Origin: Eledone cirrhosa
Taxonomy: Eukaryota
DNA length: 64,000 nt
Assembly: GCA_964016885.1 (NCBI GenBank)
Contig: OZ024740.1
Span: 117,304,001 to 117,368,000 of the forward strand
Direction of reading: 5' to 3'
Shown here: piece by piece, positions 60,167 to 64,000 of the stretch
Layout: each line of letters begins with the position of its first letter
Numbering within the stretch: the first letter of the stretch is position 1
Program-made: the position numbers and the translations under genes
Notes under the pieces: generated by a model
The model's database searches: none
What the model saw: the letters and a program-made list of their open reading frames with translations, nothing else
Told to the model about the DNA's origin: nothing

Positions 60167-60220
60167 AGTGTGTATATATATACATATATACATATATGTA
60201 TATATGTATATAAATATAAA

Positions 60221-60270
60221 TGGCTTCTACAGGACTAGAACTGTTTCATTTGAAGGAAATCATCAGGTAG
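60221..60270 (-). ncRNA. Hammerhead motif, same family as 29079, stem I damaged
   Basis: CUAC-CUGAUGA-UUUCCUUCAAAU-GAA-ACAG-uucuaguc-CUGU-A-GAAGCCA. Confidence 0.55.
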
Positions 60271-60430
60271 AATGTGAAACCATACGTAAGAGATGATGCA
60301 GAATCCTGCCCCCCACCCCCGTCTAGGAGATCAGGACCCTTGCTTCAAGTCCTGCAGAAGCTATTTCTAAATTAAACATTATAGATTCTACAATGTATTA
60401 TATTGTGTACCTTACTTATTGAGGTTACCC

Positions 60431-61161
<731 letters not shown>

Positions 61162-61230
61162 ATATAGGTTTTAATAATATATAGGTTTTGTCTTAATAGA
61201 CTTTCCTGACGCTCTCTCTCTCTCACTCAC

Positions 61231-61378
<148 letters not shown>

Positions 61379-61429
61379 AAGGGTTAGTGAGAGAGAGAGA
61401 GAGCGGGGTAACCTCAGTATATATATATG

Positions 61430-61755
61430 AAGGCGCATGGCTTAGTGGTTGGACTTGCAATTGGAAGGTTGTGAGTTCGATTCTCGGGCCGGATGATGCG
61501 TTGTGTCCTTGAGCAAGACACTTTATTTCACGTTGCTACTGTTTACTCAGCTGTAGAAATGAGTTGCGACGTCACTCGTGCCAAGCTGTATCGGCCTTTG
61601 CCTTTTCCTTGGACTTCATCGGTGGCGTGGAGAGGGGAGACTGGTATGTATGGGCGACTATTGGTCTTCCACAAACAACCTTGCATGGACTTTTGCCTCG
61701 GAGGAAAACTTTCTAGGTGCAAATCCCATGGTCAATCGTGACCAAAGGGGGGTCT
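61430..61755 (+). mobile_element. tRNA-derived SINE, second family
   Basis: GGCGCATGGCTTAGTGG A-box, GAGTTCGATTC B-box, central gtgtccttgagcaagacacttt. Relatives at 41407-41676, 38320-38460 and 34230-34390 (-). Confidence 0.8.
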
Positions 61756-61777
61756 TTTTATATATATATATGTATAT

Positions 61778-61861
<84 letters not shown>

Positions 61862-62252
61862 GAAAAGTATAGAAATTATTGTAGCAAGAAGCCAACAGTA
61901 TTCCATAATATATAAGCGACTATAGCGTCAAAATGGAAAAATAGTTAACGTAAGATGTGGGTAAATAATTCAAACTCAATTCAAAAAAATCAGGATATAG
62001 ATTCATCCACAGAATTTGGTGAAATCCATGGAAAAATCAATAGAGCCTTAACTCAGAATAAAATAGTTTAAAATACTCATCCTTCAATTTGGAAAAACTA
62101 CAAATGCTCTGTATAGTCTTAAAGACTATTTCACGAAACTTTCAGTGGGGATGGTCACGGTTGGAATCGATCATCAGCAGACCTCAAAGACACGATAACC
62201 AAAGTGCCACTGTTTATAATATGCCAAAAAGGGATATATATATATATATATA

Positions 62253-62456
62253 TAGGAACGTGTCTGACACCACGGCAGAGCTCAAGCCGTTTCGACGGCT
62301 ATTTCTGGACGATTTCAGTCTAGAAACATCCGTCGAAACGGCTTGAGCTCTGCCGTTGGGGTCAAACATTTTCCTATTACCCACTCTACTACCCTAAGTA
62401 TTGAGTACACTGGTGCGTTATGGTCCATCTGGTTCCTTATCACACTTCCTTCGTTA
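62253..62456. mobile_element. Short fold-back copy of the 56858 family
   Basis: Same architecture as 19768-19966 in the opposite orientation; (TA)n on both sides. Confidence 0.85.
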
Positions 62457-62460
62457 TATA

Positions 62461-62578
<118 letters not shown>

Positions 62579-62595
62579 AATACACTCGTATATAT

Positions 62596-63335
62596 ATATG
62601 AATAAAATTCGAACAGAAGCTAAGGTGTCCGTCATCAGTGATCTTCCAGCCGTCGTTGGTATATCTTCGCATTAAAGATCATATACCTCTGGCTGGTGCG
62701 AGCAATAACTAAAAAAAGTTATTGGGACAGGTAGAATAGGGTGAAGCGAGCGAGACATGTAAAGAAACAGAGATATCTGTGAACTTAAGTTCGATCAAAT
62801 CACGGCCGAAAGACATAGACGCGTCGAGCCATGTGAGATGTAAGCGAGAAAAGGAATTCGCACAGGTCAGACGGGAGGAAGTGAGTGAGGGGGAGTAGCA
62901 GAGAGTGAGTGAGTGAAAGCGTGAGGAAGAGGCCAGCTGACAGAGAGTGACTGGCAGCTGGCCTCTTCCTCACACTTTCACTCACTCACTCTCTGCTACT
63001 CCCCTTTCTCACTTCCTCCCGTCTGGCTCGGATGCGTTTCTGTCTTCCGTCCGTGATTTGATCGAACTTAAGTTCACAGATATCACGGACTTGTTTCTCC
63101 TCTTCCTCTCCTTCTGTTGCATTACCATCTCTGTTTGTTTACATGTCTCGCTCCCTTCACCCTATTCTACCTGTCCTAATAACTTTTTTTTTAGTTATTG
63201 TTCGCACCAGCCAGAGGTATATGGTCTTTAATGCGAAGAAATACCAACTGGAAGATCACTGATGACGGACGCCTTATCTTCTGTTCGAATTTTATTCATA
63301 TGTATCCCATTTGCAACAACGCAGCACTCCATTTT
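62596..63335. mobile_element. Family B head-to-head fold-back (arms about 350 bp, centre near 62945)
   Basis: 62596-62939 is the reverse complement of about 62954-63301, with small indels. Confidence 0.88.
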
Positions 63336-63387
63336 TTTACTTTTGGCACAAGGCCAGCAATTACCCAGTGCATTACTGGTACTTTAG

Positions 63388-63443
<56 letters not shown>

Positions 63444-64000
63444 CATCAATGACTGAGACTCAAAGAGTAATAACAACAATAATAATATCATAATATCATA
63501 ATACTATTAATATTCCCTCTGTTTGTAAATAAACATCTTCATAGATACCAGGTATTAGATGAGAACGTCATTCTTTTGTTCCAACCGTAGCTCAGAGAGT
63601 TTTTCGGAGTGTTTTGCTCCTTATAAAGATTGTGTATTCTCCTTGTTGCTACCCACTGGAACTGCTGAGAATACATCAGCTGGTTAGCCTTATTTGCATA
63701 CCGAGCAATTTTATGGCCAGCTTTGACGAAAATAAAAAAAACTAAAGTTGTTTTCGCTCTTAACATGGTGGATATATAAATGTATTCATGCGTGAATAAT
63801 AACAGTATTATAAAATTAGGTAGTAACATTTGCTTACACCATATTTAACTAAATAGAATTAGTCCATTAGTTGGGATTTAAAAAAACCCTCTAAAGGGGT
63901 AAAAAAAGTGAGTATTGACGTACATGGGATGCGAATCCTCATCTTTGGTTTGCCGGACCAGTGTGTTACCATTACACCAACACGTCACCCATTTAATTAG

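Noticed and set aside
62130-62190. Minus-strand CUGAUGA...GAAA in a TA-flanked island
   Set aside because: Stems I and II do not pair.
63539-63829. 96-aa ORF as a transposase or host exon
   Set aside because: No recognisable catalytic motif or splice context; possibly an old transposon relic, but unsupported.

Overview
AT-rich eukaryotic DNA dominated by (TA)n/(TACA)n microsatellites. The SINE repertoire points to an octopod cephalopod (inference). Nearly all ORF-track entries are microsatellite artefacts. Real coding content is limited to three things: one minus-strand host exon (45018-45579, transcription-factor-like N-terminus, strong GTAAGT donor, downstream exons not seen), a decayed Helitron Rep region (about 5660-7971) with a nearby mini-Helitron, and RTE-type LINE fragments. 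Many tRNA-derived SINEs and two MITEs are also present. The most striking signal is a set of short non-coding elements inserted in TA microsatellites, belonging to at least six sequence families. They carry type I hammerhead ribozyme (HHR) motifs of the kind known from Penelope-like elements and retrozymes, and they often form long fold-back palindromes. They include a U3-A8 core variant, two families with U10.1-U11.1, and an HHR at the tip of a hairpin with arms of about 210 bp. An 8-copy family has the three hammerhead core strands in a non-circularly permuted order inside a covarying double pseudoknot. All structures were folded by eye; no activity has been shown.
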